Part shown: piece after piece, positions 19,851 to 30,097 of the stretch
How positions within the stretch are numbered: the stretch's first letter is position 1
Layout of the letters: every line of letters starts with the position of its first letter
Assembly: GCA_965219445.1 (NCBI GenBank)
Contig: CBDCNQ010000004.1
Location: 128,001 to 192,000, forward strand
Source: Longimicrobiales bacterium
Lineage (GTDB): Bacteria; Gemmatimonadota; Gemmatimonadetes; Longimicrobiales; Gaopeijiaceae
Direction of reading: 5' to 3'
DNA length: 64,000 bases
Program-made: the position numbers and the translations under genes
Notes under the pieces: generated by a model
What the model saw: the letters and a program-made list of their open reading frames with translations, nothing else
Databases searched by the model: none
Told to the model about the DNA's origin: nothing

Positions 19851-20819
19851 TCATGACGGCACCGGGTTTCCAACCGACGCCACCGGTTCGCCGTCCCACA
19901 CCCCGTGGCGGATCCCATCCTTCCCAGAGCGCTTCACCGCGTACATCGCTACGTCCGCTACCTGGAGCGCCTCTCGGCTCGTGTCGACCGGCGCCTCGAA
20001 TGTCACGGCCCCGATGCTGAACGTCACCGGCCACCCACCTTTCTCCATCGCCCGGGTGAGTTGCTTACGCAGGTTGTCGAGCACCGATCCGGTGGCACCA
20101 CCCCTGATTTCCGGGAGGACCGCCGCGAATTCGTCTCCGCCCAGGCGCCCGATGATGTCCGTCTGCCGCGTGCTCGACCGGAGTGCATCCGCGACTCGGC
20201 AGAGGAGCTCATCGCCCACGTCGTGTCCCTCCAAATCGTTGACCGCTTTGAAATTGTCGAGGTCTATGTAGGCCAGCGTGAACGCCCGACCGTAGCGCGC
20301 AGCCAGGGCCAACTCGGCGTCGAGCTGTACCATGAATGACCCTCGATTCGGGAGCCCCGTCAGCGTATCCGTTGCCACGAAGGCCGCTTCGTCGGATAGC
20401 CGACGCTTCAGCGTGGCGAACAGCGTGGCGATGATCGCGAGAAGTACGAAGTTCGAAGAAACGCTCCAGATGACCGCCCAACCGACTGGCTCGCCCGCAA
20501 GCACCGAGAACGGCGTGGGAAGCACCGCCGCCACGGCGGCCAGGATGTAGGCAGTTGGGGGCGCGGCCCCCCACGCAGCGAGCGCGATCGGAACGGCATA
20601 CAGGACGAGCAACGCGGTTTCGAGGCCCAACGACGCCTCGGCCGTAGCCACCGCAACGACGAGACCAAACGCCACCCAACCGGCGGCCTTTTGAGGCCAG
20701 ATTGCCACGAAGGCGGCGAGCCTGGCCGTGATCCGGCGGGCCCTGTCGGAGGGCTTCCTGGCCGGGGCGTCCTCGACATCGGCACCCCGCCGCAGCCAAG
20801 CCCGCCGACCCGTGGTCAA
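19851..20819 (-). CDS. Membrane-anchored diguanylate cyclase (GGDEF)
   Basis: About 4 TM helices, then DTLTGLPNR, DLDNFKAVND, RQTD I-site and RLGGDEF; start placed at TTG 20819 overlapping the upstream TGA (ORF track start 20912). Confidence 0.92.
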   Translation of the reverse strand: MTTGRRAWLRRGADVEDAPARKPSDRARRITARLAAFVAIWPQKAAGWVAFGLVVAVATAEASLGLETALLVLYAVPIALAAWGAAPPTAYILAAVAAVLPTPFSVLAGEPVGWAVIWSVSSNFVLLAIIATLFATLKRRLSDEAAFVATDTLTGLPNRGSFMVQLDAELALAARYGRAFTLAYIDLDNFKAVNDLEGHDVGDELLCRVADALRSSTRQTDIIGRLGGDEFAAVLPEIRGGATGSVLDNLRKQLTRAMEKGGWPVTFSIGAVTFEAPVDTSREALQVADVAMYAVKRSGKDGIRHGVWDGEPVASVGNPVPS

Positions 20820-21322
20820 GGAGTGCCTCGCTCCAGACCCATGCGGCCCACGCCGGCCATCTCCCTCGCTAGCAGATGAACCTCCGTCAGCTTCCACTGT
20901 GCCCGTGCGCACATAACCGCAAGTACCATCAGAAGGAGGTTGCCCGTGATCAGCCCGAGGCCCCCGCTGCCTCCAACCCGGAAGAGAAAGACGACCCGGG
21001 TCACGACCACGTATCCCGCGAAGAGTAGTGGCACGAAGCTGCCCGCGAAGATCAATCGGCCCCAGCGGCTGGGCTTTTCCAGGACTCTCGAGACCGCCTG
21101 CAGCCCGTAGGCGACCATCGCCACCATCGAGAGCACTGCGCCAATCATGAACACCACGTGCTCGGAGAGTTGGAATCCCTGCCGAATGGACTGCACCAGG
21201 CCGTATAACCCCAGGACCACCAACGGCGGGAGGCCCACCGCAATCTTGGCCGCCGCCATGCGCTCAACCGCTTGGGCCACGAGAGATACGGGGTCACCGT
21301 CCTCGGGGGGTTCATTCGCCAT
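20816..21322 (-). CDS. Hypothetical integral membrane protein (4 TM)
   Basis: Four hydrophobic segments; ATG start; co-oriented with neighbours. Confidence 0.7.
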   Translation of the reverse strand: MANEPPEDGDPVSLVAQAVERMAAAKIAVGLPPLVVLGLYGLVQSIRQGFQLSEHVVFMIGAVLSMVAMVAYGLQAVSRVLEKPSRWGRLIFAGSFVPLLFAGYVVVTRVVFLFRVGGSGGLGLITGNLLLMVLAVMCARAQWKLTEVHLLAREMAGVGRMGLERGTP

Positions 21323-21388
21323 TCTTAATGATCATCCATGCCCATTACCGGCGCCAGGGAAAAGTCCGGCGCTTACCGGTCACGGTGC

Positions 21389-22084
21389 TCACGAAGGCGC
21401 AATAAGGAACTTCGCTCTCTCCCACACGGCATCGAACATCGGCTCGGTGAGCCTGCCTGTGAAGGTATTCTGCTGGCTCGGATGGTAGCAGCCGAGCACC
21501 GTTCTGCTTCCGAGATCCACCTCCACACCGTGCGCGAACTTCGGACGGGGATGGGGGACCGGCTCCCCCCGCCTCTGGAGGATTCGAAGCACCTGATCGA
21601 ACGCGAACGCTCCGAGGGCCACCACCACAGCGGCGGAACGAAAGATCTCCAACTCCTCCTGGAGATAGGGCCGGCAGTGGTCCCGCTCGGCGGGACTCGG
21701 GCGGTTCGCGGGCGGCGCGCATCGGACGGCCGCCGTAATGTAGGCTCGCGACAGACTCAACCCGTCGTCGGCTGTACGTCCGTCGGGCTGATTGGCAAAA
21801 CCCGCCCGGTGCAGAGCCCGGTACAACCAGTCTCCGGCGCGATCCCCGGTAAACATGCGCCCCGTCCGATTGGCGCCGTGGGCGCCCGGAGCGAGACCCA
21901 CGATGAGAAGCTCTGCATCCGGGTCCCCGAAAGAGGGGACGGGGCGTCCCCAATAGGTCTCTGCTGCGTAGGCGGCCCGCTTTTCACGAGCCACGGTCGA
22001 GCGCCACTCCACCAGGCGCGGACACCGAGCACATGCCACGACGCGTTCGTTCAGGGCCCGCAGGCGCGGTTCATTCCCGTCCAA
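21389..22084 (-). CDS. udgB: Uracil-DNA glycosylase family 5
   Basis: CARCPRL Fe-S motif, GLAPGAHGANRTGRMFTGD, RCAPP, YHPSQQNT. Confidence 0.92.
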   Translation of the reverse strand: MDGNEPRLRALNERVVACARCPRLVEWRSTVAREKRAAYAAETYWGRPVPSFGDPDAELLIVGLAPGAHGANRTGRMFTGDRAGDWLYRALHRAGFANQPDGRTADDGLSLSRAYITAAVRCAPPANRPSPAERDHCRPYLQEELEIFRSAAVVVALGAFAFDQVLRILQRRGEPVPHPRPKFAHGVEVDLGSRTVLGCYHPSQQNTFTGRLTEPMFDAVWERAKFLIAPS

Positions 22085-22161
22085 AAGGCCCTACTCCGGC
22101 TGCCGCCTGGTGCCGATAGAATCCGTAGAGAAGCCCACACCCCTCAGGTCGACCATCCACC

Positions 22162-22398
22162 TCAGGTCGACCCATGATCCGTCTCACCTTTGGGGGCGTT
22201 TCGACGACCGACGATCGCGCCAACGAGAGGGCCGACCAAGGCTCCAACCGTGACTCCGATTACGGTCATCACCCCCATAGGGTTGAGATGGCTCAAGGAG
22301 GGTCCACCGGCCGCTACGGACCGGTACAGACTCAATGCCAAGAACAAGCCACCACCGACCGTCGCGCCGATCGCAGTCCACCGTCCAGTAGGCGTCAA
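22162..22398 (-). CDS. Small 2-TM membrane protein
   Basis: Two Gly-rich hydrophobic helices; directly downstream of the RND permease. Confidence 0.55.
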   Translation of the reverse strand: MTPTGRWTAIGATVGGGLFLALSLYRSVAAGGPSLSHLNPMGVMTVIGVTVGALVGPLVGAIVGRRNAPKGETDHGST

Positions 22399-22455
22399 GA
22401 CCAGAAGCCTGATGAAGAACTGGGGCGAGCCATCACACGGCCAACGGTCGGGCTC

Positions 22456-25400
22456 TTACTCGGGCTGCTGCACGAGGCCCGAGGGGGGTGCCACGGGTCC
22501 GCCTTCGGTCGGGCCGGCACGCGGCTCGACTGGATCCGGCTTCGCGGTGCCCACGGGCCCCGGGCTCCGAGTCTCGCCCGACGTCGTTCCAAAAGCCCCT
22601 TGTTCCGCCAACACCGCACCACGCTGCGTGAAGTACCGAATGAAGAAGTCCGACGCGTCGTCCACGACGGAGTAGAGCACAGGCACAAGGATGAGCGTGA
22701 GGAAGGTCGCGAACAGAATTCCGATGATGACGGCGATGGCCATGGGACCCCACCACGCCGCCTGCTCGCCCCCCCAATACAGATTCGGCTCGAGCCTCGT
22801 ATAGAGGCCGAAGAAATCGAAGTTCAGGCCGACGGCCAGCGGGATCAGCCCCAGTGCGGTCGTGACCGCTGTCAGGATCACTGGCCGGAAGCGTACCTCT
22901 CCGGCGCGCACGAGGGCCTCTCGCCGCCCCAGTCCGTCTCGCGTTCGCAGGATGCCGACGTAGTCGAGCAACACGATCGCATTGTTCACGACGATGCCTG
23001 CAAGCGAAATGATGCCGACACCCGTCATGATGATGCTGAACGGCATCCGGAACACGAGCAGGCCGAGGAGTACGCCGCCCGTGGACATGAACACGGACGT
23101 CAGAATGATCAGCGGCGTGACCACGGAGTTGAACTGGCTCACCAGAATCAGTCCGATCAGCATGATCGCCCCGAAGAACGCCGTCTGCAGGAACGCCTCG
23201 GCTTCCGCCTGCTCTTCAGACTGCCCCGTGTACTGTATCTGATAGCCCACCGGTAATTCGTTCGAGGCGAAATCGGCCAGGACCCCCCGCACCTCCGCAA
23301 GGACGTTGTTGTTGTTCAGGCCCGCCCGCACATCGGAACTGATCGTGGCCATTCGCGTCTGGTCCTTCCGGCGGATACTGCCGTATCCCTCCCGCACGTC
23401 CCACTTCGCCACCGAAAGAAGGGGGATTTGCGTCCCTTCGTTCATCACGGTCAGGTCGCGCAGGCTCTCCAACTCCCCGCGGTACTCCTCGGCGAGACGA
23501 ACCACGATGTCGTACTCATCGTTGCCCGTCCGGTACTTCGCCGCCTCGATCCCTTGAATGGCACCACGGATCGCCATCCCGACGTCTCTGCTCGACACCC
23601 CGTACAGCGCCGCAAGCTCTCGGTCTACAGATACCGACAACTCGGGGCGGGCGGCGTCCAGGTCGCTCTCCAGCCCCACGAGCTTCGCGTAGACCGGGTC
23701 GCCCTCCAGAATCTCGAGCACGCGGTCGGACAGATCTTGCAACGTCGCCGGGTCTTCTCCCACGATCTCGATATTTACGGGCCTACCTTGGGCGGGTCCC
23801 TCCGCAAGCTGTTCTACTGTGATGTCCGCTCCGGCGATGTCCCGCCCTAGCGTGGCCTGCATGGCCACCAGGAGGTCGTTGGCATTCAGCTCCTGACTCC
23901 CGAATTCGATCATACTCACGGTCACGCGCCCCGCGTTCGGACCCGAAGCGCCCCCACTCATTGGGTTTCCACCGCCCGCCGAGCCACCGACGGTGGCGAC
24001 GACCGACTCCACTTCCGACATGCCCGGAAGAACCTGGACGTCCTCCTCGAGCCGCAGCGCGATGGCGTCCGTCGCTTCCGGGCTGCTGCCGACGGGCAGA
24101 TCGATGTCCACGAGGATCTGTTTGGGCGGCATGTCCTCGGGGAAGAACTCGACCCCCGCGTTGAACCCGTAGAATAGGCCACCCATCGCGACGAAGCCCA
24201 GAAACGAGCCCACGAGCAGATATGCCCTGTGGTCTAGGGCCCATTGGAGCTGCCTGTCGTAAACGGTCAGAATCCGCGGAAGCCAAAGGCGCTGAAAACC
24301 GGTCGCCATCCCCCGTAGGAGGACCGAATGTAGCCCATACAGCCCAGCCACCGTCGCGGCGAGGAGCGCTACCAAGAGCGGATTCTGTATCCCGATCCCA
24401 GCTCCGACCAATACGGTGGCACCGATCATCGTCCAGCGGGCCGCGGGCGTCAGGGGGGGCGCCGGATCATCCTCGAGCCGGAGAAACATTGCGCACAGCG
24501 TCGGAACGATCACGAGCGCCACAAACAGGGAGCTGGAAAGCGCGACGATGAGCGTCGACGGCATGAACTTCATGAACTCGCCCACTTGGCCAGGCCAGAA
24601 CAAGAGTGGGGCGAAGGCGGCGAGTGTGGTCACCGTTGCAGCGATCACCGGCATCGCCACTTCGCCCGTGGCCTTTTTCGCGGCTGTCCGCCGGTCCCAG
24701 CCCTCCTCGACATACCGGTAGATGTTCTCGACCACGACGATGGCGTTGTCGACGAGCATTCCCAGGGCGAGGATCAGCGAGAAGAGCACGACCATGTTCA
24801 GCGTGATCCCGAGGAACTGCAGGATCACGAAGGAAAGCAGCATGGACGTGGGGATCGATATGGCCACGAACACTGAATTCCCGGCGCCCAGGAAGAACAG
24901 AAGCACGCCAATGATCAGGATGAGCCCCGAGATGATGTTGTCCTCGAGGCTGCTCACCATGTCGTCGATCTGTACCGACTGGTCTGACGTGATTTTCACC
25001 ACGGTCGTCGGCGGGAGGAGCGGCTCCATCTCCCGGATCGTGGCCTTCACCAGTTCGGCGGTCTCGATGATGTTTTCGCCGGAGCGCTTCAGCACGTCCA
25101 GTGTGACGACCGGGGCATCGTCGAGGCGCGCGTAGCTGGTTCGTTCCTGGAAGCCGAAATCAACGTCGGCAATGTCCCGGACGTAGATCGGGCGGCCGTC
25201 CTCGGCGGCGACCACGAGGTCCTGAATGATCATCGGATCCTCGAACTCACCAGAGACCCGCACCAGATACTGCAGCGACCCTACGTCGATCGACCCCCCG
25301 GGAATGTTTACGTTCTCGTCACGAATCGCGTCGATTACGTCCTGGATTGCGAGGCTGTAAAACTGTAATCGGTCGAGATGGACGTCCACCTTGACCTCTC

Positions 25401-26064
25401 GCTCCAGCCCTCCCCGGACGTCGACCCTCAAGACCCCTGGGATCTGCTCGACCCGGTCCTGCATTTCCTCCCCGAGTTCCTTGAGCCGCACGAGACCGTA
25501 TTGGCCCGAGAGGTTCACCTGCATGATGGGCATCTCGGAGAAATCGAACTCGATGATCGACGGGTCCTCGGCTTCAGCCGGCAATTCCGCCTTCGCCAGA
25601 TCGACCTTCTCCCGCACCCTCTGGAGAGCCCCCTCGAGGTCCACCGTCGCTTCGAATTCGGCGACGATGCTCGAGTAGCCCTCGACTGAAGTCGACGTCA
25701 GTTCTTTGACGTCGGAGATGGTCGAAAGCTCATCCTCCAGGGGACGGGTGATCAGACTTTCGATGTCGGCAGGTGTCACACCCGGATAGATCGTATTGAC
25801 GGCGATCATCGGGATTTCGATCTCCGGGAAGGACTCCCGAGGGATCACCCGGTACGCGAACAGGCCCGCGACCGCGATGAACGTGAAGAGGACCAATACG
25901 CTGGTCTGGTGGTCGACCGCTATGCTGGTCGCGCGAAATTCCTTGAAGCGCTCCAAGAATCCGGGTTCCTGGCCGGGCCCCACGTGAGCGCGGCCTTCGG
26001 AGTCCGGCGCTCCGTCGCGAGAGCTCCCGTTCGAATCCGAGCCACCGTCGGTGGGCTTGATCAT
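22456..26064 (-). CDS. RND efflux permease (AcrB/MdtC-like)
   Basis: GMLVDNAIVVVENI, GIVVNNAIVL, RFRPVILT motifs; ATG 26064 with RBS just after the MFP stop (ORF track start 26103). Confidence 0.95.
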   Translation of the reverse strand: MIKPTDGGSDSNGSSRDGAPDSEGRAHVGPGQEPGFLERFKEFRATSIAVDHQTSVLVLFTFIAVAGLFAYRVIPRESFPEIEIPMIAVNTIYPGVTPADIESLITRPLEDELSTISDVKELTSTSVEGYSSIVAEFEATVDLEGALQRVREKVDLAKAELPAEAEDPSIIEFDFSEMPIMQVNLSGQYGLVRLKELGEEMQDRVEQIPGVLRVDVRGGLEREVKVDVHLDRLQFYSLAIQDVIDAIRDENVNIPGGSIDVGSLQYLVRVSGEFEDPMIIQDLVVAAEDGRPIYVRDIADVDFGFQERTSYARLDDAPVVTLDVLKRSGENIIETAELVKATIREMEPLLPPTTVVKITSDQSVQIDDMVSSLEDNIISGLILIIGVLLFFLGAGNSVFVAISIPTSMLLSFVILQFLGITLNMVVLFSLILALGMLVDNAIVVVENIYRYVEEGWDRRTAAKKATGEVAMPVIAATVTTLAAFAPLLFWPGQVGEFMKFMPSTLIVALSSSLFVALVIVPTLCAMFLRLEDDPAPPLTPAARWTMIGATVLVGAGIGIQNPLLVALLAATVAGLYGLHSVLLRGMATGFQRLWLPRILTVYDRQLQWALDHRAYLLVGSFLGFVAMGGLFYGFNAGVEFFPEDMPPKQILVDIDLPVGSSPEATDAIALRLEEDVQVLPGMSEVESVVATVGGSAGGGNPMSGGASGPNAGRVTVSMIEFGSQELNANDLLVAMQATLGRDIAGADITVEQLAEGPAQGRPVNIEIVGEDPATLQDLSDRVLEILEGDPVYAKLVGLESDLDAARPELSVSVDRELAALYGVSSRDVGMAIRGAIQGIEAAKYRTGNDEYDIVVRLAEEYRGELESLRDLTVMNEGTQIPLLSVAKWDVREGYGSIRRKDQTRMATISSDVRAGLNNNNVLAEVRGVLADFASNELPVGYQIQYTGQSEEQAEAEAFLQTAFFGAIMLIGLILVSQFNSVVTPLIILTSVFMSTGGVLLGLLVFRMPFSIIMTGVGIISLAGIVVNNAIVLLDYVGILRTRDGLGRREALVRAGEVRFRPVILTAVTTALGLIPLAVGLNFDFFGLYTRLEPNLYWGGEQAAWWGPMAIAVIIGILFATFLTLILVPVLYSVVDDASDFFIRYFTQRGAVLAEQGAFGTTSGETRSPGPVGTAKPDPVEPRAGPTEGGPVAPPSGLVQQPE

Positions 26065-26071
26065 GCGGCCC

Positions 26072-27179
26072 TCACCTCGTCCCGACCACGTTGACTCGGT
26101 CACCGGCCGTCACCTGCTGCTGACCGACCACGATGAGTCGCTCACCAGCCGTCAGGCCGGCCTCGACGACGACCTCGTTGCGCTGGCTAGACCCGATTTC
26201 GACGGCTCGGCTCACAACGACGGCGTCGCTCCCATTCCCCTCAACCACGAAGACCACGTATCCGTCCTCGACCCTCACCAGCGCTTCTTGGGGGATGACT
26301 ACCGCCCCCTCGACCGTCTGCCGGACCAAGCCCACGTTGGCGACCATCTCCGGCTTGATCAGGCCATCCGGGTTCGGCATCTCGAGTTCGACCAAGAAGG
26401 TGCGATTACGGGCGTTCACCGTTGCGCCCACATAGCTGATCCTACCTTCGGAGGAAATATCCAGAACGTCGAACTCGGTTGTGGCCGACGCCCCGACCCT
26501 CACATCTCGGGCGTAACGTTCCGGCACACCTGCCACCACCTTGACCGGATCGAGCGAGACGATACGTGCCACATCGGTCCCGATGTTCACCATGGCCCCG
26601 ACTTCCACCAGACGGGTCTCCAAAACACCGTCGATGGGAGCACGGATCACCGTGCGGCCGAGACGGGTCTGAAGCGTTGTCAAACGAGCCGATGCTTGTT
26701 CAGCGCCGTATCTGGCCTCGAGATAGGCCAGTTCCGAACCCACCTGGTCCACTTCGTACAAGCGCTTGCGTCGCTCCCATATCTCGTTTCTCGTTCGCCA
26801 GGGAGGCCTGCGCCATGGCTTCTTCCACCTGACTCCGGAGCACCGCATCGTCGACCTCCAACAGCGGCTGGCCCACCGTGACCGTAGCACCCTTATCGAC
26901 GACGACACGGCGGATCACGCCGGACTCTTGGGCAGAAAGCGTGACGTCCTGACTCGCCACGACTGTGCCGGTCAGGCTGATCCGCTCCACGAAGTCGCGG
27001 GTCTTCACCGTCGAAGTCTCGACATTGATAACGCGTGAAGCCCCCTCGACGAGCACTCCTGCGTCGCTGGTCCCTCCTGCCTCGGCGTCTCTCCCACCCG
27101 CCTCGATGTCTCCGCCGCAGGCCAGGGCGCCGAGCAGAAGCGTCAGCAGGCCTGCCGTCAACCGACGGTGAATCGTCAT
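26072..27179 (-). pseudogene. RND membrane-fusion protein (lipoprotein); frameshifted
   Basis: Lipobox ALAC; SAQESGVIRRVVVDKGATV in one frame and IRAPIDG..KPEM in another; joined by removing one AACGAGA copy at 26782-26795 to give ..SLANEIWERRKRL.. Confidence 0.88.
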
Positions 27180-27198
27180 GATCTTCCTCATTCCCCTG

Positions 27199-28647
27199 TT
27201 ACTCACGGCGACCGGCCAGCGGTCCCGAATCCACCATGGGCACGGAACCCACGGCCAGATCGAGATTGGCTTGTGCCACCAAGAAATCGTATGCAGCCTG
27301 TGCGTAGTTGAACTCACTCTCGCGAAGGGCCACCTCGGAGTCGGTGAGCTCCAACTGGCTCCCCAGGCCCTCTCGGTATTGGGCGCTCGCGATGTCGAAA
27401 CCGCGGCTCGCCTGCTGGACTGCTCTGCGTTGGGCATCGGCACGCGCCCTCGCCTCCAGCATCTGATCCCAAATGGTCTCCACTTCGCTGTCGGCCCTCG
27501 CCCTGGCGAGCTGGGTCATGGCCTCGGCTTGGCGTAGAGATGCCCGCCTCTGATCGATGCGAGCATCCTTCGAGAAGCCGCTGAAGATCGGCCACGTGAT
27601 CCGAATGCCGGCTTGACTCGAATATGTTCGTTCGTTGGACTCCCCGAAGAATGTAGGGCTCCCATTCTGTTGAGCCGCGATCCCATAGGATCCGAAAAGC
27701 ACGACCTCGGGCAAATACTGCACCCGCTCCAGGCTCAACTCCGACTGCCGAAGCCTCTCCGAGAGATCGAGTTGCCGAAGATCCGATCGCCCCTCCAACG
27801 CCACGCGGACGACGTCCTCGGTCAGGGGCTCCGTGGTCCAGGACGAGAACCCCAAGATTTCACGATTCTCTGGCGAGTTGGCTTCGAAATTATCGAGATC
27901 GATCTGCGCGAGGGAACCGGCAACACGTACGTCGTCGAGGTTCTCCAGCGCGAGCTGGATGCCGAGTTCCCGCTGAGCCTGCGTGATCGAGTTCTGGGCT
28001 CTGAAGAGATTGGGCTCCAGGTTGCCCAACTCGACCTCGAGGCGCAGCACATCGTAATCGGCCGCGAGGCCGGCCTCGTTGAGCGCTCGGGTATCGTGGA
28101 GGGACTCCCGCACTCGCTGAACGGAGTTTTCGACCAAACGAGCCTGTTCCTGCGACAGGAGGAGGCTGTAATAGAGCACTCGCACCTGCGTGACGATCCC
28201 CTGGGTACGACCGCGCAAGCTTTCCTGCTCGAAGTTCTCGAAGCGCCCGGCGGCGCCGACCGCGACGAACACCGACGGCTTGAACAGGGCCTGCTCGACG
28301 GTGACGGTAGTACTCCAGACGTTGTCCGCGCCAAAACGAACCGGGATAAGCTCATCCGGATCGGCCGTGGGATCGAAGATGAACGCGGGCAGGAAGTTCT
28401 CCGCCACCAGCAGGTTTCGCGCGTAGGAGGCGTTCAGGTCGATCGTCGGAAAGAGTTCGCTACGCGCTTCGGACGCCTGCTCTTGAGCCACCTCCAGACC
28501 GAAGCGGGCGCCCCGAAGATCCTCATTCTGCGCCAGGGCCATCCGCACGGCGGCCTCGAGCGTGAAAACCTCCTGCGCCGTGACGCCCCCACTTCCCATC
28601 AACGCCGCCATTATCACCGCTACCCAGCTATATGTGCGCATCTTCAT
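27199..28647 (-). CDS. TolC-family outer-membrane efflux protein
   Basis: Signal peptide; LEAAVRMALAQN, LFPTIDL, YREGLGSQLELTD repeats; lies in the RND operon. Confidence 0.92.
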   Translation of the reverse strand: MKMRTYSWVAVIMAALMGSGGVTAQEVFTLEAAVRMALAQNEDLRGARFGLEVAQEQASEARSELFPTIDLNASYARNLLVAENFLPAFIFDPTADPDELIPVRFGADNVWSTTVTVEQALFKPSVFVAVGAAGRFENFEQESLRGRTQGIVTQVRVLYYSLLLSQEQARLVENSVQRVRESLHDTRALNEAGLAADYDVLRLEVELGNLEPNLFRAQNSITQAQRELGIQLALENLDDVRVAGSLAQIDLDNFEANSPENREILGFSSWTTEPLTEDVVRVALEGRSDLRQLDLSERLRQSELSLERVQYLPEVVLFGSYGIAAQQNGSPTFFGESNERTYSSQAGIRITWPIFSGFSKDARIDQRRASLRQAEAMTQLARARADSEVETIWDQMLEARARADAQRRAVQQASRGFDIASAQYREGLGSQLELTDSEVALRESEFNYAQAAYDFLVAQANLDLAVGSVPMVDSGPLAGRRE

Positions 28648-28676
28648 CCCCTGGTCTTCCGTCGTTCCTCTCTCCC

Positions 28677-29366
28677 TCAACCCTTGGCCTCAGCGGCCGG
28701 TTCTTCCGCCTCCGGCTCCGCCATCGGTGCCCGACTTTCCGCTGCGAGGGAGGCCCGCACAGTCTCTCCCATGGCCTCGGCAAACTCGGGCTCCGCCAGG
28801 CCCTCCATGAGCCGCCAGCTCGACTCCCGAAAGAGGCGGCGAAACTCCGCTTCGTCGATTCGGAACAGCCCGCGGTGATAGATCGACACCAATCCGTGTG
28901 CGTGGGCCCAGATCGTCCGGGCCACCGTCTCGGGCGGTCCCGGCTTCAGCATTCCGCACTCCATCGCTTCCCGCACGCGGTCCACCATGAACTGACCCAC
29001 CGCACAGGCATGATCCGTCGCTTCGTGAGGGAGCGCGTCACGCCCCATGATCTCGTGGGCCGCGTGTAACAGTGAGTAGTACTGCGGATGCTCGAGGGCG
29101 AAAGCCAGGTACGACCGTCCCGTCAACTTGAACCGCTCGATGGGCGTGCGCCCCTCCACCGCACGGTACAGGTACTGGGCGAAGACCTTGAAGGCCTCAC
29201 CCACCACGTCCACGAGCACCGTCTCCTTGCTTTCATAGTGTCTGTAGAGCGCGGGCGCCGTGACGCCTAACTGCGTTGCGAGCTTTCGCATCGACAATCC
29301 GTCGAGTCCGCCGGTTACGAGGAGATCGCATGCCGCGCTCAGAATCTCGTCTCTTTGTGTAGCCAT
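28677..29366 (-). CDS. TetR/AcrR family regulator
   Basis: N-terminal HTH LSMRKLATQLGVTAPALYRHYESK; C-terminal WAHAHG. Confidence 0.93.
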   Translation of the reverse strand: MATQRDEILSAACDLLVTGGLDGLSMRKLATQLGVTAPALYRHYESKETVLVDVVGEAFKVFAQYLYRAVEGRTPIERFKLTGRSYLAFALEHPQYYSLLHAAHEIMGRDALPHEATDHACAVGQFMVDRVREAMECGMLKPGPPETVARTIWAHAHGLVSIYHRGLFRIDEAEFRRLFRESSWRLMEGLAEPEFAEAMGETVRASLAAESRAPMAEPEAEEPAAEAKG

Positions 29367-29367
29367 G

Positions 29368-29401
29368 TTAACAGTGTAAATCTACTAGTAAATCATGTCA
29401 A
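29368..29401 (-). promoter_or_regulatory. Sigma-70 promoter of tetR (leaderless) overlapped by imperfect palindromes
   Basis: TTGACA(29401-29396)-17 bp-TACACT(29378-29373), then 6 nt to ATG; TTTACACTGTTAA and TTTACTAGTAGA palindromes. Confidence 0.75.
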
Positions 29402-29504
29402 TAACCATTTGTGACTAATAGTGCATGAAGTGATGTGAAGACCGTTCAGTGCTCGCCTCGGCAGGACAGGAGCGAGTTCGTGAGCCGTCAGGACCCAACG
29501 CAAG

Positions 29505-29539
29505 GACCCCCCGATGCCCCAAAAGGGCCCCGGGGGGTC
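29505..29539. terminator. GC-rich hairpin downstream of the FKBP gene, possible terminator
   Basis: GACCCCCCG...CGGGGGGTC inverted repeat; no clear U-tract. Confidence 0.35.
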
Positions 29540-29599
29540 GCAACCATGGAACGTGGTCCGTCGCAAGCCCCTTCTGTGACGGAACGGATGTCGTGAAGT

Positions 29600-30067
29600 C
29601 TAAGCCGGAACGATTTCCGTGATCATGAGCTCGAACACGAGGACCGCATCGTCCGGGATACCCGATGGAGATTGCGATGCGTACCCCAGGTTGGCCGGAA
29701 TTACGATTGTTCTCGTTCCTCCGACCCCCATGCCGACCAGGCCCTCGGTGAACCCCTCAATCAAGGCCGTGACACCGAGCGAGGTGGTGAGCTCACCGCT
29801 ATCGAACTGCTCGCCGTCCACCAAACACCCCGTGAACGACACGGTAACCTGGTCTCCGAGCACGGCGGGCTCCCCGGTCCCCACGACATCGTCTCGAAAG
29901 AACAACCCGCTCGCGGTCTCGGTCATGGCGTCGAGGTCGATCTCGAGCGAAGTCTCAAACTCGACGTCTCTGGGGTCTGGGCCGAACGGGTCGCCGCCGC
30001 AAGCGCCCAAGGCCAGGGTCAGAGCCGCAGCCACGCCTAGCGCCTTTCCAATATTCGTGTTGATCAT
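29600..30067 (-). CDS. FKBP-type peptidyl-prolyl isomerase lipoprotein
   Basis: Lipobox LGAC; SGL..D..GTG, FDS, IEGFTEGLVGM.VGG.R.IVIP..LGY, LVFEL. Confidence 0.92.
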   Translation of the reverse strand: MINTNIGKALGVAAALTLALGACGGDPFGPDPRDVEFETSLEIDLDAMTETASGLFFRDDVVGTGEPAVLGDQVTVSFTGCLVDGEQFDSGELTTSLGVTALIEGFTEGLVGMGVGGTRTIVIPANLGYASQSPSGIPDDAVLVFELMITEIVPA

Positions 30068-30097
30068 ATCAAATCCGTATGACTACGGCGACCCGGA

